Shown piece after piece: positions 34,456-63,778 of a stretch of 64,000 nt of DNA. The stretch is from the human T2T-CHM13v2.0 reference genome, Homo sapiens. The notes beneath the pieces are model-generated. The model was not told the DNA's origin. It ran no database searches and saw only the letters and a list, made by a program, of their open reading frames with translations. The translations under genes and the position numbers were made by a program. Each line of letters opens with the position of its first letter. Within the stretch, counting starts at the first letter, position 1. Location: assembly GCF_009914755.1 (NCBI RefSeq), contig NC_060932.1. One strand, written 5' to 3'.

Positions 34456-35161
34456 TTACATGAGCCAGTTCTATAATAATGAGTAACATTTTCATGTACC
34501 TCCTTTTCCATCTCTTTTTTTTCTTTGCTATTTTATTTCTTCCTCGACTCCACCTTTGTAAAAATGTTTGATATGTATTCCGTGGAGGCGATTAATATAT
34601 TCTCTGTGTAAAGCATCTGGAAACTCTAAGAAAAAGTAAAGAGGAAAATAAATCTTTACAATTTAACTATGTATATAATTTTGTATCTTACTAAAACCTA
34701 TTGTATCACAAACATTTTCCCATATTACTAAAAATTCTTCACAAGCATGGTTTCTAATATCAATAAAAGAGATGATATGGATACAATCTTTTAAAATAAC
34801 AAGTCCTGTCCTTCAATTACTCATTCATCTTACAATGATATGTTGAGCATACATTATGTATTATACATTAATAATACCACCAAGCCTTAGGGCTTCAATC
34901 TGATTTTCCTAGAATTTAGTAGTCATCTTTTCACACTTCAAAGCTATATTGTGGACCTCTATAATTTCAGCAGAATTACTCGTTCTCTCCTCTGTGTTCC
35001 CATAGCATAGTGTTTATGACAGTATTATGATAACTTTTGTTTTATATCATAATTAGTTAGGTGTCTCTTTCCTTCTGTTGATTATAGGCTCCCAAAGGGC
35101 AGAGGCTGTTGTTCATCCTTGTGTCCTCAGGGCCTAGGACAGGACCTGGAACTAAAGTGGA

Positions 35162-35458
35162 TTTTTTTTTTTTTTTGAGACAGAGTCTTGCTTTGTTGCC
35201 CAGTCTGGAGTGCAGTGGCATGATCTCAGCTCACTGTAACCTTCCTCCAGAGTTCTAGCGATTCTCATGCCTCAGCCTCCCGAGTAGACGGGACTACAGG
35301 CACGTGCGCCACTGCGCCCAGCTAATTTTTTGTATTTCCGGTAGAGACGGGTTTCGCCATGTTGGCTAGGCTGGTCTTGAACTCCTGGCCTCAATTGATC
35401 CACCCTTTTCGACCTCCCAATGTGCTAGGATTAGAGGCGTAAGCCACCACACCCAGCC
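35162..35458 (-). mobile_element. Alu (J/S) antisense
   Basis: T tail and body. Confidence 0.88.
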
Positions 35459-36599
35459 TAAATCTTGAATTTATTTTTGTTATATCTGGCTGCTTCTAAT
35501 TTCCAGTAACAATTTACTCATCCCACAGATAAATACCGTGGGTGCTACTTTCTACCATGCATTGTTCTGGGTATGATACATAAAGACCTAACAATAAACG
35601 GAACTTTCCAGGCCCTTCCCTTTTGGATCTTATGTTCTAATAGAGGAAGATGGTCAATAAGCAAAGAAGCAACTAAACAAACAAGAAAATTATCACATAA
35701 TGGTAAATATTTCACAGAGAATTAGAACAAAATGATAGGTAGAGAATGGCCACTTCAGGCTGATCATCAGAAAAGGCCTGCCTTTAGGATATTTCCCCTC
35801 TCCCTTCCTTTCTAGTTCCCTTGCCAACAGGCCTTCGCCATCTCACGACTACATTAATTATTACAACAGCTTACTGGATGGGCTTCTGGACTCCCGAATC
35901 TACTCCATATCCTGCTGCTAGACCGATCTTCTGTTTGATTGTTGTGGAAAGAAGGGGATAAGTCCTGTGGAAAATTGTAATTTTCTCCTTTGTTAAACAT
36001 ACAGCCTAAATTACAGAATTCAGATCTAATTTTTACTCACCAGACAGAAAACTTAATGACTCATTTAATTAATAAGGGATTAAAATGGGAGAGATCTCTT
36101 TGAATTTTGGCTCTGAGACCTTTCTGATTAGAGTTTATGGAGAAGGAATTATGCAGTATCTTGGAGGGAGCAAGGACCAAGGCCTTTTTCTTTAACCATT
36201 GAGGCTGCACAGAAAAGAACATTCACTCATGGAGCTCCAACAAGGTGCTATAAACTGTACTGAGTGTTTTATTTGCCATCTATTATATAAATCTCATACT
36301 AACCCTCTAATTAATTAACTTGTCTAAAGTTCCCATCACAATTAAGTGGTAGAGCAGTGACTAGAACTCAAGTCTGTCTGGGTACGAACCTTCTAACCTT
36401 ATGAATTATTTGGTTACAAATGATATCCTGAGAAATATAAGAAAGATAAGCAGAACTGCAAATCAATTGACAGAGAGCAGTACCTGGAACAGTTATTTGT
36501 AGAATAAATGGATAAACAAAAATAAATAGGATAATTTACACATAAAGTAATCATTTAGGGAAATGGAAAGGGAAAGGAAGTAACCACAGTTAAAGATAT

Positions 36600-37400
36600 T
36601 TGTCTGTTCACTAACGCAACAAATACTCATTAGTACTTACTCTGTGTCAGATGCTGCGCTTGGCATTGTGGATATTATTCCTGCTCTTCTGAACCTTACA
36701 AGCTGGTGGAACAGGTAGATATTAATATATACTTGCTTTGAAGAAAAACACAGCCTGTTTTGAGAGTTGGACCTGAGCTACTTTGGATCGTCCTTGGTGA
36801 CTGGTGTTTAAGTTGAAACATGAAAGGTAAATAGGAGTTTGTTAGGCAAGGAAGGAGGTTATGAGCATTCACAGGTCTCAAGGCAGAAAGCAGTATGGTG
36901 TTAGAACTGGAAGGGAAACACTTTGGATAGAACGTGATGAAAAGAGTGGGGAGGTGGAGATCAAGGAGATCATGCAAGAGCTTAAAGATTTTGAGCTTTA
37001 TCTTAAGAGCAATGGGTAGACATTGGATGAGAGGCTTAAACCTGAGGGACAAGACCAGATTTATATTTTAAAGAGCTCATATGTCTTCATGGTAGAGCAC
37101 AAACTACAGAGAAACCAATCTGAATGCAGAAAGACTTCTTAGGAAGTGTCATTACAATAAGGAAGTGAGACTTGATAATGTATCCCTTTGGTAGAGAGAA
37201 CTGGAGGATTCAAGAAACATGTAAGAGGTAGAACAGACAGTATTTGGTGATTGATTGGAAAAGAGAGTTTGAAGGACAGGTTTCTGGAATGACTTGTCAT
37301 ATTTCTAATGTAAATAATAACTTGGTACTAGTTAATGGGATTAGGGACCCAGATGGAGTGAGAAGTGTATAGGAGTTAATATCATAAATTCCATTTGAAG
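36600..37400. mobile_element. L2 fragment
   Basis: CAACAAATACTCATTAGTACTTACTCTGTGTCAG...CTTTATCTTAAGAGCAATGGG. Confidence 0.7.
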
Positions 37401-37485
37401 AAGTAAGCCATTGGAAGAACGCAGTTGGGGCTGGGTATATCAGCCAGTTGTGATAAAGGAAGGTTTAAAACTCATTGGCTGATGA

Positions 37486-37706
37486 CAATGATCTCTAAAC
37501 TGTTTTGATTTCTCATGCCTATGAGTAAAAAAAATTTAGTAAGTAGCCCTATAAATTGTATTTATTTATAAATCATAAGATATTGTCAATCTCTACATTA
37601 AATATTAGCAATGATTGATTTATTGTATGGATAAAATAAATAGAAATAAAAATGGTAACTATGTCTTCATGTACTCCAATAGATCATGATACTTTGGAGA
37701 TAACTA
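37486..37706. mobile_element. MER112-like hAT-Charlie MITE
   Basis: Degenerate TIRs, CCTATGAGTAAAAAAAATTT motif, TCTAGA flank. Confidence 0.5.
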
Positions 37707-38019
37707 GTCTAGAGAATTAAAGGAAAGAAAGTACTGTTATTTCAGACGTACAACTACTGGAAGTTATAATACCTTAAATCTATTAATTTAAATGAAATCA
37801 TAGAGAAGGCAAGTTAACCTTTTTAAGATTAATAATCAGTCAACACAATGAAGGCAAACTTCTAAATTTTAAGCTAAACGTGGAATAACTTATTCAAATT
37901 GAGAGGCAACCAACCTGGAGCCCAAGTAGCAACTCTAGAAAAATAAAGACTGGCTGGTCCCAGAACAGACAAAAAAGCTTCAAATATCTAATAGGATATT
38001 AGGGTGGGAGTATATGTTT

Positions 38020-38220
38020 ACCTATTAGTTCGAACTGTGTGACTTGCACATCACAAAGACACAATGTGAGCCAGCTCAAGCAAAAAGAGAAATGAATTAG
38101 GAGGATACTGGAGTGTTTTATAGAGAGTAGTAATGTGAATCTTAGGGAATTGGACCCAGAGACCTGAATCACATCAGTTCCCACAGTTTCAAGTCTCTGT
38201 TTCTTTGCATATCAACTTCC
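38020..38220 (-). mobile_element. MLT1 (MaLR) LTR fragment; probable continuation at about 41820-42400
   Basis: CAGCTCAAGCAAAAAGAGAAATG; later CCCAGCTTG..TCAAGTGCCCACCCCTG. Confidence 0.5.
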
Positions 38221-38232
38221 TTCTTTACTGTC

Positions 38233-38830
<598 letters not shown>

Positions 38831-39320
38831 AATTTTTCAGAAGTAGAGAGACTAGTACAATTAATCCCGTGTGTGGACTCATCATCTTGCTATGACAATC
38901 CTCAACTTATGCTCACTTTGGTTTCATATATATCCCCACAAATTTCTCCCCATCTTCACTAGATTATTTAGTTTTTAAAGCTAAAGAAGGCCCACAAATT
39001 ACAATTAGTTGGTAGCCTCTTAAGCTTCTTCTACTGTATATACTTTCCCTTCATTTCTCTTTTCCCCCCTTGCAATATATTGAAGAAACTGATCTTACAA
39101 CATATCCTACATCCTGGATTTTGCTGACTGTAGCATGTCATTTAACGTGCTATTCTATCCCCTGTATTTCCTGTAACCTAGTAATTTATCTTGGAGGCTT
39201 GATATTGCACAGGTTTGGTTATTTGAAAAGACTGCTTCAAAGCTGGTGTTAATACTTCCATTAGGAGACACATACTATCTCTCTGATGTGTTGGCAGTTA
39301 GTGATGATTGCTGTCTAGAG

Positions 39321-41073
<1,753 letters not shown>

Positions 41074-41190
41074 GTCATCCATTGTTTCATTAGGAGTCTG
41101 CAACAGAGGGTAATCTAGTCTATCATTCGCTCTTCCTTTATTAGGTAGAATACCTCTATCAAGAAAGGACTTTCTTCATTAATTATTTAG

Positions 41191-42792
<1,602 letters not shown>

Positions 42793-43873
42793 GAATGAGT
42801 GATATTGATAGGAGTATTATTCTGACTGTATAAATTAGTTAAAAGAAGTATAAACTTATGTAAAATTCTTGAATCTTTAAAGTTTTTTTACTTTATCAAA
42901 ATGCAAGAGAATGAGTGTGAAAAACATCTCATAGCAAGTGGCACAGAAGGCATAATTACATATATTTTAAAAGACGAAGAACATCTTTTTGTCTCATGTG
43001 ATTTCAAGAAAGAGGCACATTTTTACTCAGGTTGTCCCTTAGCCATGAAAAGTAAATTTTATATTAAACGATCTTATTTTAAATTTGTCCATGGTAAAAA
43101 TTAAATGGAACAATAGCTCTAATACAGCAACTGTGGTCTCTTTGATTTCTTAGCATTCTCTCACTCACTGAACTCTCTGAAAGCACTAACATGGATCCAA
43201 CACCCCACTAATCAATTACAGCCTGGCAGGTAGGTATTTTAGGAATGGTCATATGCTTGTATTAAAGGAGAGCTCACTCCAATTTTCAGTGAGCAAAATA
43301 TGAAGAACCTATCTTCTAGTAAAAAATAGAATGCACAATAACCAAAATATTCAAAGAATGAATTGTTAAAATTCACCAGGTACTCCAAAATAAGCAAAGA
43401 AGTATTTCCATGACTTCCTTTTTAAAATCAAAAATATCAATAAAGGTTTAAAATTGGATGCTTAAAAACTGTAGTTGTCTTATAATGTTTATGGCTTTTT
43501 AGTAAAATCCTTCCACAAGTACATTTGCAAACAGTTTAACAAACACAAACATAAAACGTGGTAGCTGGGAAAATAATTGATTAATCTAGAGACCAAACAG
43601 GGAAAGTTACTAGGCAAAGGGAGGCAGAGATGCCAAGATCTGCAGATGAAAAAATTTCAACTTGTCAATTCATTTTATTAGAGTCTTGGTTATCAAGTTT
43701 TTGAGGAGACTAGGAGATAACTTAGGAAAAATGGAAATATTATAAACTATATTTAAAAGTTTTCATTCAAAATGGAAATAGTTTTAGTACTACAGGGAGA
43801 AAAATGTGTATTTTTAGAACTTAGATGATCTATTTCATTGAAGACTGTCAATGAAGGAAAGACTGGGGCATGA

Positions 43874-44189
<316 letters not shown>

Positions 44190-44227
44190 CGCAATTTTCT
44201 TCTTTTTACACTGATTATTCTAATAGT

Positions 44228-46400
<2,173 letters not shown>

Positions 46401-46802
46401 CAGAAAGAATGTAGGCTGAGAGAATTTTCTCTCAACCCACAGTTAAGTTGTACTTTTACAGAGCTTCTCTCTGCCATTAACTGTGGACTTTAGATGCAGT
46501 ACCCATCATGAAAGGGTCCACCTACTAGATTTATCACTGATTTATGTATCTTTGAAGTTGTTCTCCAAAGCCTAGACATGGAGGCTCATGTTAAGTGAAG
46601 AAGCACAGAACAGCAACAAAAAACAAGCAAATACACAAAAGTATCTAAGATTAAATATATTGACAGTTCTTCAGTACTATTTCTTATGTTCCAGGGGTTC
46701 AACAATACCACCAACATACTAATTCTTCAGTTTGTTCTACTTCTTAGTTGAGCTTTTATGCCAAACTCTACCTGTCTCGCAAAGACGTCACAATATTTTT
46801 AG

Positions 46803-47144
<342 letters not shown>

Positions 47145-47936
47145 TGACAATATGCTGTCAACATAATAATTTACCAATATTACCAGATCTCTTGTGGAAC
47201 TTTTAAAGTGGCAGCTGAATTCTTTGATTAACTTCCAAAAGAAATCCCAAACAGACAAACAAACAAACAAACAAAAAACTCTTATGATTTTTGTTTACTT
47301 TTAAGTCAAATTGAAACTATTTTCTGGGAGCTTCAAGAAAGAACCATTAACAAAACTCTTACAGTAACATTTCAGAACCATGTGTGACAACCATGCAGAT
47401 TAGTACTCACCCAAATTCCAAGAGCTACTAAAAATAGACCTTGTGTAATTGGGCAAATGAGTGGGTGGGTGGATATTTTAGTAGGGCCGTGACCTCTAAG
47501 ATTTTCTGTTGTCTTTGCTATGGTCTATAAACTGAACAAAGTGCTGTTTTCTTTCTCATCAGGGTAGTCTGTAACTAGCCTGGTACCAACGCATCTTTTA
47601 GGAATGAAGATATAATTCCTGTTGTTGTTGTTGTTTATGACAAATACGGGCTACTTATACCTTCTCTCTTATGTTCCTTGTCCACAGTAAACAATTTGCC
47701 ACCGCAATTCACAATTCCAATTCCCAACAATGCCAATTTGCCATAGCATTTTTTGGATGAGCTAGTAATCTGCTTCAGAATCCTTAACATCACGTTACTC
47801 AGCAATAACTAAGTACTATTCAGTTGGAGCCAACAAGCAAGATGAAATTCTAGTGCTATTGCTGGTCAAGACCTTCCTTTTCACACTTAAGACAGGCATC
47901 CCATGTGACTCTCCTTGAGATAAAAAGTGGACTGGA

Positions 47937-48233
47937 GGCCGGGCGCGGTGGCTCACGCCTGTAATCCCAGCACTTTGGGAGGCCGAGGCGGGCGGATCAC
48001 GAGGTCAGGAGATCGAGACCATCCTGGCTAACACGGTGAAACCCCGTCTCTACTAAAAATACAAAAAATTAGCCGGGCGAGGTGGCGGGCGCCTGTAGTC
48101 CCAGCTACTCGGGAGGCTGAGGCAGGAGAATGGCGTGAACCCCAGGGGGCGGAGCCTGCAGTGAGCCGAGATTGCGCCACTGCACTCCAGCCTGGGCGAC
48201 AGCGAGACTCCGTCTCAAAAAAAAAAAAAAAAA
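47937..48233 (+). mobile_element. Young AluY (AluYe-type)
   Basis: Near-complete CpG retention, GGCGAGGTGG, GGAGCCTGCAG, GACAGCGAGAC variants; perfect 15-bp TSD AAAAAGTGGACTGGA. Confidence 0.9.
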
Positions 48234-48739
48234 GTGGACTGGAAATATAAGACAACCAGGATTGTGCTCCTTCTTCAAGAAGCTCAAAGTGGAATAAGAG
48301 ACAGACATGTGAGCAGTCAATGAGCAATAACGTGAGGTACATGAAATAAGGGAGGTTACTTCACATTTACACTTGAATCTGATTTTCAGGTTAAACAAGA
48401 ATAGGAGAAGAAAAATACCATAGTCTATGTCATCTATGCACATACCTGGAGTCCATGCAAAGCTCTTACGTCCTACCCCAAGTGACATCCATGAGAACAG
48501 GATCAGACCAATTTATTTCATTCAACCACATAAGCGTATTGAAAATTATCTCTTTGAAATGTCACAACCGAGATTTAAAGTTAACAATAAATACAAATAC
48601 TGTCTACTTTAGCCAGTTAGACATAAATAACCCAAATAAACTGGTTCATGAAAAATCGTAGTAAACATGGAGCAGTCCAAGCATAGCACTGGGATACATT
48701 AGGTTATTACATAAGAAATTTAAGAAAATCCTCCCATGA

Positions 48740-49100
48740 GCCTCATAGTGAATCTTGAAAGTTCAGTGTCCAGCAACAGACTCCACAACTTAAAGAGGGA
48801 TGTGGAGAAAGTGGAAGGGATTCAACAGACAGTCACAGAGATGATTAAGGGGTTGGAAAAATAGGAGCTAGAAATTATTTAGCCCAATTTAGATCAGACT
48901 ACTAGGTTTCTTAATAACAGTATTTAAGCACAGGAAGGGTTGTTATATACAAGATGATGAACAGCTGCTTTCTATCACAATTGGAGAGTGAACAGAAGAA
49001 ACAGACTTTGATCAAAGCATGAAAAACCTAAGATGGATATATAAAAAGGAACTTTTGAAAATGAGGATTATCAGATGTGAGATCTCCTCAGGATCCCCTT
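48740..49100 (+). mobile_element. L3/CR1 LINE fragment
   Basis: TTAAAGAGGGATGTGGAGAAAGTGGAAGGGATTCAA...GATGATTAAGGGGTTGGAAAA...AAAGGAACTTTT typical of CR1 3' ORF2. Confidence 0.75.
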
Positions 49101-49135
49101 CTTGTACCTGCTCCTCAAATGATGCTGTCTCATAG

Positions 49136-50377
<1,242 letters not shown>

Positions 50378-51137
50378 CCTTTCCAGTCCTCAGATTCAGT
50401 AACTACTCATCTAGAAAACACCTGCATTAAGTGGCTAACAGAATATAGAAACCCATCCTCAAAAGCAATATATACCAGACTAGTTTATTTATCACACTAG
50501 ATTCAGGCTGCTGCTCGTCTGACACCCCTTGCAGCACTGTCTCAAGCATTTCCATATTCCTCTTTCACTACTGGGTTTTTCTTTTCCTTGCTCTTAGCCC
50601 AGCAGTTACTCATATAGACTTAATATGTTATGTACTCATCTCCACTCAATTCTTACAACATCGCTATGAAACAAGGTCAGCATCTCCATCTTATAGTTGA
50701 ATAACTCACCAACTATATGCAGATGACATAGATGTATGTGTGAGTATATATCATATACGTGTGCTTATGATATATACACATCCTATGAGCTCCAGCTTAT
50801 TTAATGTGCTCTCATATGTCTTAAAAGAACCTCAAAATCAGATTTTGAAAAGTGAATTCATAATTTACTCCCCAAACTTTCTTCTTCTGATGTCACCTGT
50901 CTCAGTGTATTGTGTCAGAAACCTAGACGTTATCCTCAACATTTTGTTCTTTTTAAATCCCCCTATCCAATCCATCACCAACTTCTCTCAATTCTCCCTC
51001 CTAAATCTCTCTCAAATATATTCAGTTCTCTCCGCTTTTACCATTATCGATCTAGTCCAAGCTTTCACTGTCTCTTGTAATAGCCTCTATATCCTCTCGT
51101 CTTCTTCATATCCATTCTCTGCAGCTAAGATGACGTC

Positions 51138-51300
51138 ACTCCTGCTCCTGCTCTCACCAGGTGCTGTGCTGGCTCCCCTTCACCTTCCGCCATGATTTGG
51201 AAGGTTCCTGGGGCCCTCACCAGAAGCAGATATCAGTACTATGCTTCATGTACAGCCTGAATAACCATGAGCCAATTAAACCTCTTTATAAATTAAAAAA
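51138..51300 (+). mobile_element. MST-family (MaLR) LTR fragment inside an L2
   Basis: CCTTCCGCCATGATT...CCTCACCAGAAGCAGAT...GTACAGCCTG...CCATGAGCCAATTAAACCTCTTT. Confidence 0.8.
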
Positions 51301-51609
51301 TATACATCAAAATTCAAATTTGATCCTGTTACTTGACACTGCCCCTTCCTCCTACTTCACTCAAGCCCTTCAGCTGCTTCCCATTGTTCTTATCAAAAAG
51401 ATAACCTCACCACTGCCACAGGGCCCTGCCCCCTGGATCCCATCCATTACATCTCACACCCACCTCATCTCACATCCTGTTCTCCTCAACTGTTCCAGCC
51501 ATTTGGGCTTGTTTTCCGCCCTTCAAACCTGTGATGACCCCTTCCTCTGTGGGTCTTTGCACAGGATGGAAAGCCATCTTTCTTCTCCACTTCACCTAGT
51601 TCACTCCTA

Positions 51610-51958
<349 letters not shown>

Positions 51959-51964
51959 CTATTA

Positions 51965-52614
<650 letters not shown>

Positions 52615-52699
52615 TATAAGCTCCAAAGGGGTATGTCCTTTCCATTTCCCCTTCCTCCCTTCTTTTCTTTCCCTACCCACTCCTCTTCACAGGTGTTTT

Positions 52700-53020
52700 T
52701 GTGATTATTAGATAATTGATCTCCCCCATTAGATTGCAAACTTCATGAAAGGAGGGACTGTACCTATTTTTGCTCACAATATTGACTCCTGTACCTAGTA
52801 TATCATCTGGCAGGTAGAAAGTATTTAAATATGATGAATAAATTAACTTGTTGGTTTATATTTATCAGGCACTGAGCTAAGTGCTTTACATAGATTATCT
52901 CATTAAATCTTCACAACAAACCTATGAGATTACTACAATTCTGTATTAGCTCCATTATACAAATGAGAAAACCAGGATAATAGAGATATTAAATAATTTT
53001 CTCAAGGCCTCACAACATAA
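52700..53020. mobile_element. L2 tail and MIR
   Basis: TAGATTGCAAACTTCATGAAAGGAGGGAC; CATTAAATCTTCACAACAAACCTATGAG. Confidence 0.7.
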
Positions 53021-53477
53021 ATACTGAAATCCTCTCTATGGTAAAATTATATGTGACTGGTGCCCATCATTTGTGGATGTCTATGGAGATGTCAATCTAT
53101 TAACCAAAGTAACATGGAGCATGTGAGAAGGAAGAGATCTCTGAATCACAAATTGATCATTTACATCTCTTGAGCAAACCTGAAAATCCTGAATTTAAGA
53201 GTCAACAACAGAATCCCACGGCTGTTAGGTCAGGTTACTTAAATAGAAGAAAAAAATAGGCTGTACCTGAATTGTACTTGTTCAATGAGCCTAACTGTTC
53301 CACTGACCAGTGAGGCATAATAACTTTGCAATGTGCAACACTGAATGTGACTGGCCTGGGCAAATATACCTCAGTCAAAAAACTTACCAAGCCAAAATAA
53401 TGACCCGATTTTCATTTCACCAATGGGAGAACAACTTGCCTATCTCATTTGTGCTGACCATCTTCCTATGTGGAGAT

Positions 53478-53575
53478 AATATTACTGACTCTCAGAACAA
53501 GGATCTCTAAGGAAAAGGGTTTTAAAAAAAAAGGAGAAAAGAAAAAGAAAAAAAGAAATAAAAAATATTACTGAC
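53478..53575 (+). other. Short TSD-flanked poly(A)-tailed insertion of unknown source
   Basis: AATATTACTGAC at 53478-53489 and 53564-53575 flanking 34 nt plus 40-nt A-rich tail. Confidence 0.65.
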
Positions 53576-54119
53576 CCACTGTAAGTAGTGCAACTACTTT
53601 GAGCAGTTTATCCAAAGGAACTCGTACATTTTTCCTTCTCCAGCCACACTATCTGACCCACCCCTTTTGTGAACAGAGAACAGCAGCACATTCTTATGGC
53701 ACTCGCTGCAAGAGTAATATTTCAGAGTTTGAGGGAAATTTTATGTTCGTTGATCACAAATGTTTGGAAGAACTTCATCTTCATTTCTGGAAGTTTTTGT
53801 TAAGGATGTTTAAAGTATCACTGCCATCTTTTATGAAACTGCTATCATGACTATGGAATTCTCAGTGTGCCTGAGGGGTGGCAAGTTGATGAATATGTAA
53901 TCTAGTGGATACAAGAAAATTGTTAGAAATTCTAGTAGTTTCTTGAAACACTAGTAGAAGTTATTGAAGCAGGACTTCAAGAGGTGAAAATAAATGCTAC
54001 ATCTCCCTAAATCTCAACTAAGTATTAGCATACCAAAACTAGGCTTGATTACTATATTTAAAATATATTAGATTCTTAGACACTACCTTAAATCAGCAAA
54101 ATTCAGACGAGACTGCCAA

Positions 54120-55672
<1,553 letters not shown>

Positions 55673-55875
55673 TAAAATATTCCCCTATATATTCCATTAG
55701 ATCAGTGGTTCTTTCACAGTTTTGAATTTTGTGACTTAGAAGAATTTTAAAACATTTTGGAGAGCAACAAAGAAAGAACATTAAAACTACGATCCATTAA
55801 CATCATAATTTCAAAAATATATATTAAGTCTAAATATATCAGAGAGTATATAATTTCAGAATAAGGGCAGCCTTT

Positions 55876-58279
<2,404 letters not shown>

Positions 58280-58354
58280 TTATCTAGATTTTATTTATTT
58301 TTCATTTCACCACCAATTACTGAAAGATAGTATTTGGAAAACACTGAACTAGAC

Positions 58355-60125
<1,771 letters not shown>

Positions 60126-60789
60126 GACTAGACCTGAAAGTATTAGAGCTTTCTTTGAAGTTACATTCCAATCCTGGGATGTGCTCTCAGTCTTAAACAG
60201 ATGACAGTCACCCCAATCACATCTTTGGGATGGCAGATTTCTTTTGTAAAGACTAATCTCATTATTTATGCTGATTCTATTGTCACTAGCTTTCAAAGTG
60301 TGGTATTTTCTCATCTGGACATTATCTCCAAGTTCTGGGGGATTGAAGTCACCCTATTTGAACCTAAAGCCTCCTATGAAGTTTTTGCATAAAGTTGTGT
60401 AGAAAGCCCTGTTTACAGTATTTCTTCATAGTACTATACCATTATGGCCTTGGCATCTTTCGGTCTTCCACATTTTCTCACTTGATCCTTCTGAAGGTAA
60501 CTGGTTTGCACTGTAAACTTGTAAGAAGTGGATTAGTGTGAAATCTGTGGCTACCGAACAGAGTCGAGTTAATTGATTTACCAGAGAAATGAGTCTGTGA
60601 AACAAATAGCATCTGTGAAGTAAACATTTGGGATATGTCTCCTAATGAACAGAAATCAGTAATGTGGTTTTATTAATAATAATTACTTTCAAATAATAAA
60701 TATCAACCTGTATTCTATTGTTCCCATTCTTTGCAGCCCATAACAAAATTAAATTTAAATCCAAACAGATTGTAAAAAGAATCTATTTT

Positions 60790-61096
60790 GGCCAGGCGCA
60801 GTGGCTTGCGCCTGTAATCCCAGCACTTTGCGAGGCCAAGGTGGGTGGACCCCTTGAGGTCAGGAGTTCAAGACCAGCCGGGCCAACATGGTGAAACCCC
60901 ATCTCTACTAAAAACACAAAAACTAGCCGGAGGTGGGGGCACACACCTGTAATCCCAGCTACTCAGAAGGCTGAGGCAGGAGAGTTGTTTGAACCCAGGA
61001 GGCAGAAGTTGCAGTGAGCCAAGACTGCGCCACTGCACTCCAGCCTGGGTGACAGAGCGAGACTCTTATCTCAAAATAAATAAATAAAAATAAAAA
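60790..61096 (+). mobile_element. AluS
   Basis: Full Alu with (AAAT)n tail. Confidence 0.9.
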
Positions 61097-61239
61097 TACA
61101 ATGCAAATATTATCAATATTTAAAATCTACTACGTTTCTGTTCTACTGGCTTATTCAGCAAAATTCTGATCTGTTTTAGTCTTTTATTGGAAGTTCAAGG
61201 TTCTTGGTACCTATAGTGCCCACAAATTTGCAGATTTAT

Positions 61240-61870
61240 ACATTTATTCATTCAACAAATCTTTACTGATTGTCCACTATGTCACAGTCACTGTTTCCAA
61301 CTTCTGAAAACACAATATTGAGCAAAACCAGCAATGGACCCTGCCCTCACAGAATTTTCAGTTTAATGCAATAATCAATGCCCTAAGAAATAATTATAAA
61401 AGTTTAAAAACTGCAATTGTGACAAGGGCTGGGAGGGAGAGTTAGAAGAATGCTAGGATAATCTGTATTAGGATATTTGAATATCTGGGGCTGTGGGTGG
61501 TCAGAGAAAGCTGCCCTAAGAAAGTGATCTAAGGATGAATGTGTGTCAATTAGGAGAAGGGAGGGAAGAGTTTTAAAGCAGGGAACAACGGCTTGTGCAA
61601 AGGCCAGATAGTTCTCAAAGCAAATGTGAAGGAGGGAAGGAGGAGAGTGTTGGAGAGATGAGGCTGGAGCAGTACATGGCCACCAAACCTTGCTGGGCTT
61701 GGTAGCCATTTTAGAAGTGTTTTGATATGTGTAATAGACCAACAGAAAATAACTGAAACTTTGAAGGGTTTTAGGCATGAAGGGATCAAGAATCATCAGT
61801 GTGGGTAGGGTGATAGGATCAGATTTGCATTTTGAAAAGATTACTGACTTCTGTAGAGAATGGATAGGAG
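61240..61870. mobile_element. L2 3' region
   Basis: CATTATTCATTCAACAAATCTTTACTGA...ATCAGATTTGCATTTTGAAAAGATTACT. Confidence 0.78.
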
Positions 61871-62113
61871 GGCACGGCCAGAATGTATGAGTTATTGTGA
61901 CAGATGCTTCTCTGAAAATATGCATGTAAATTTAAGCTCTTGTAAAACAAATAATGTTTTAAAGAGATTGAAATTTTCTAAGAAAAGAAATACCATGGTT
62001 TTTAATCTTTTGAATCTTTTGTGTTTGAGGGGCAGGCCAAAATTGGTTCATAAGTGGAGAAAAAGAATGAACAGTACTTATCCTTCAAAATGCTAGGGAA
62101 AACCATGACATTG

Positions 62114-63500
<1,387 letters not shown>

Positions 63501-63505
63501 CACTT

Positions 63506-63778
63506 GTCTTAAATCTGTTTGGACTGCTATAACAAAATACCACAAACAGTAGTTTAAAAACAACAGAAATGTATTTCTCAGTTCTGGAAGCTGGGAAGTC
63601 CAAGATGAAGGGACAAGCAGATTCAGTGTCTGGAAGAGCCCTGTTCCTCATAGACAGCACCTTGTCACTGCACATAGTGGAAGGATAAACAAGCTCTTCC
63701 ACAAGCCTCTTTTATAAGGGCTCTACTCCCATTTGTGTGGACTCTGTCCTCATGACCTAATCACCTCAAAGGCCCCAC
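63506..63778 (-). mobile_element. MaLR LTR (MST/MLT1A family)
   Basis: CTGCTATAACAAAATACCACA...AACAACAGAAATGTATTTCTCAGTTCTGGAAGCTGGGAAGTCCAAGAT...CATGACCTAATCACCTC. Confidence 0.82.

Noticed and set aside
47411-47427. Possible minus-strand microexon before a GTGAGT donor
   Set aside because: Weak polypyrimidine tract; 14 or 17 nt is not frame-preserving; chance match likely.
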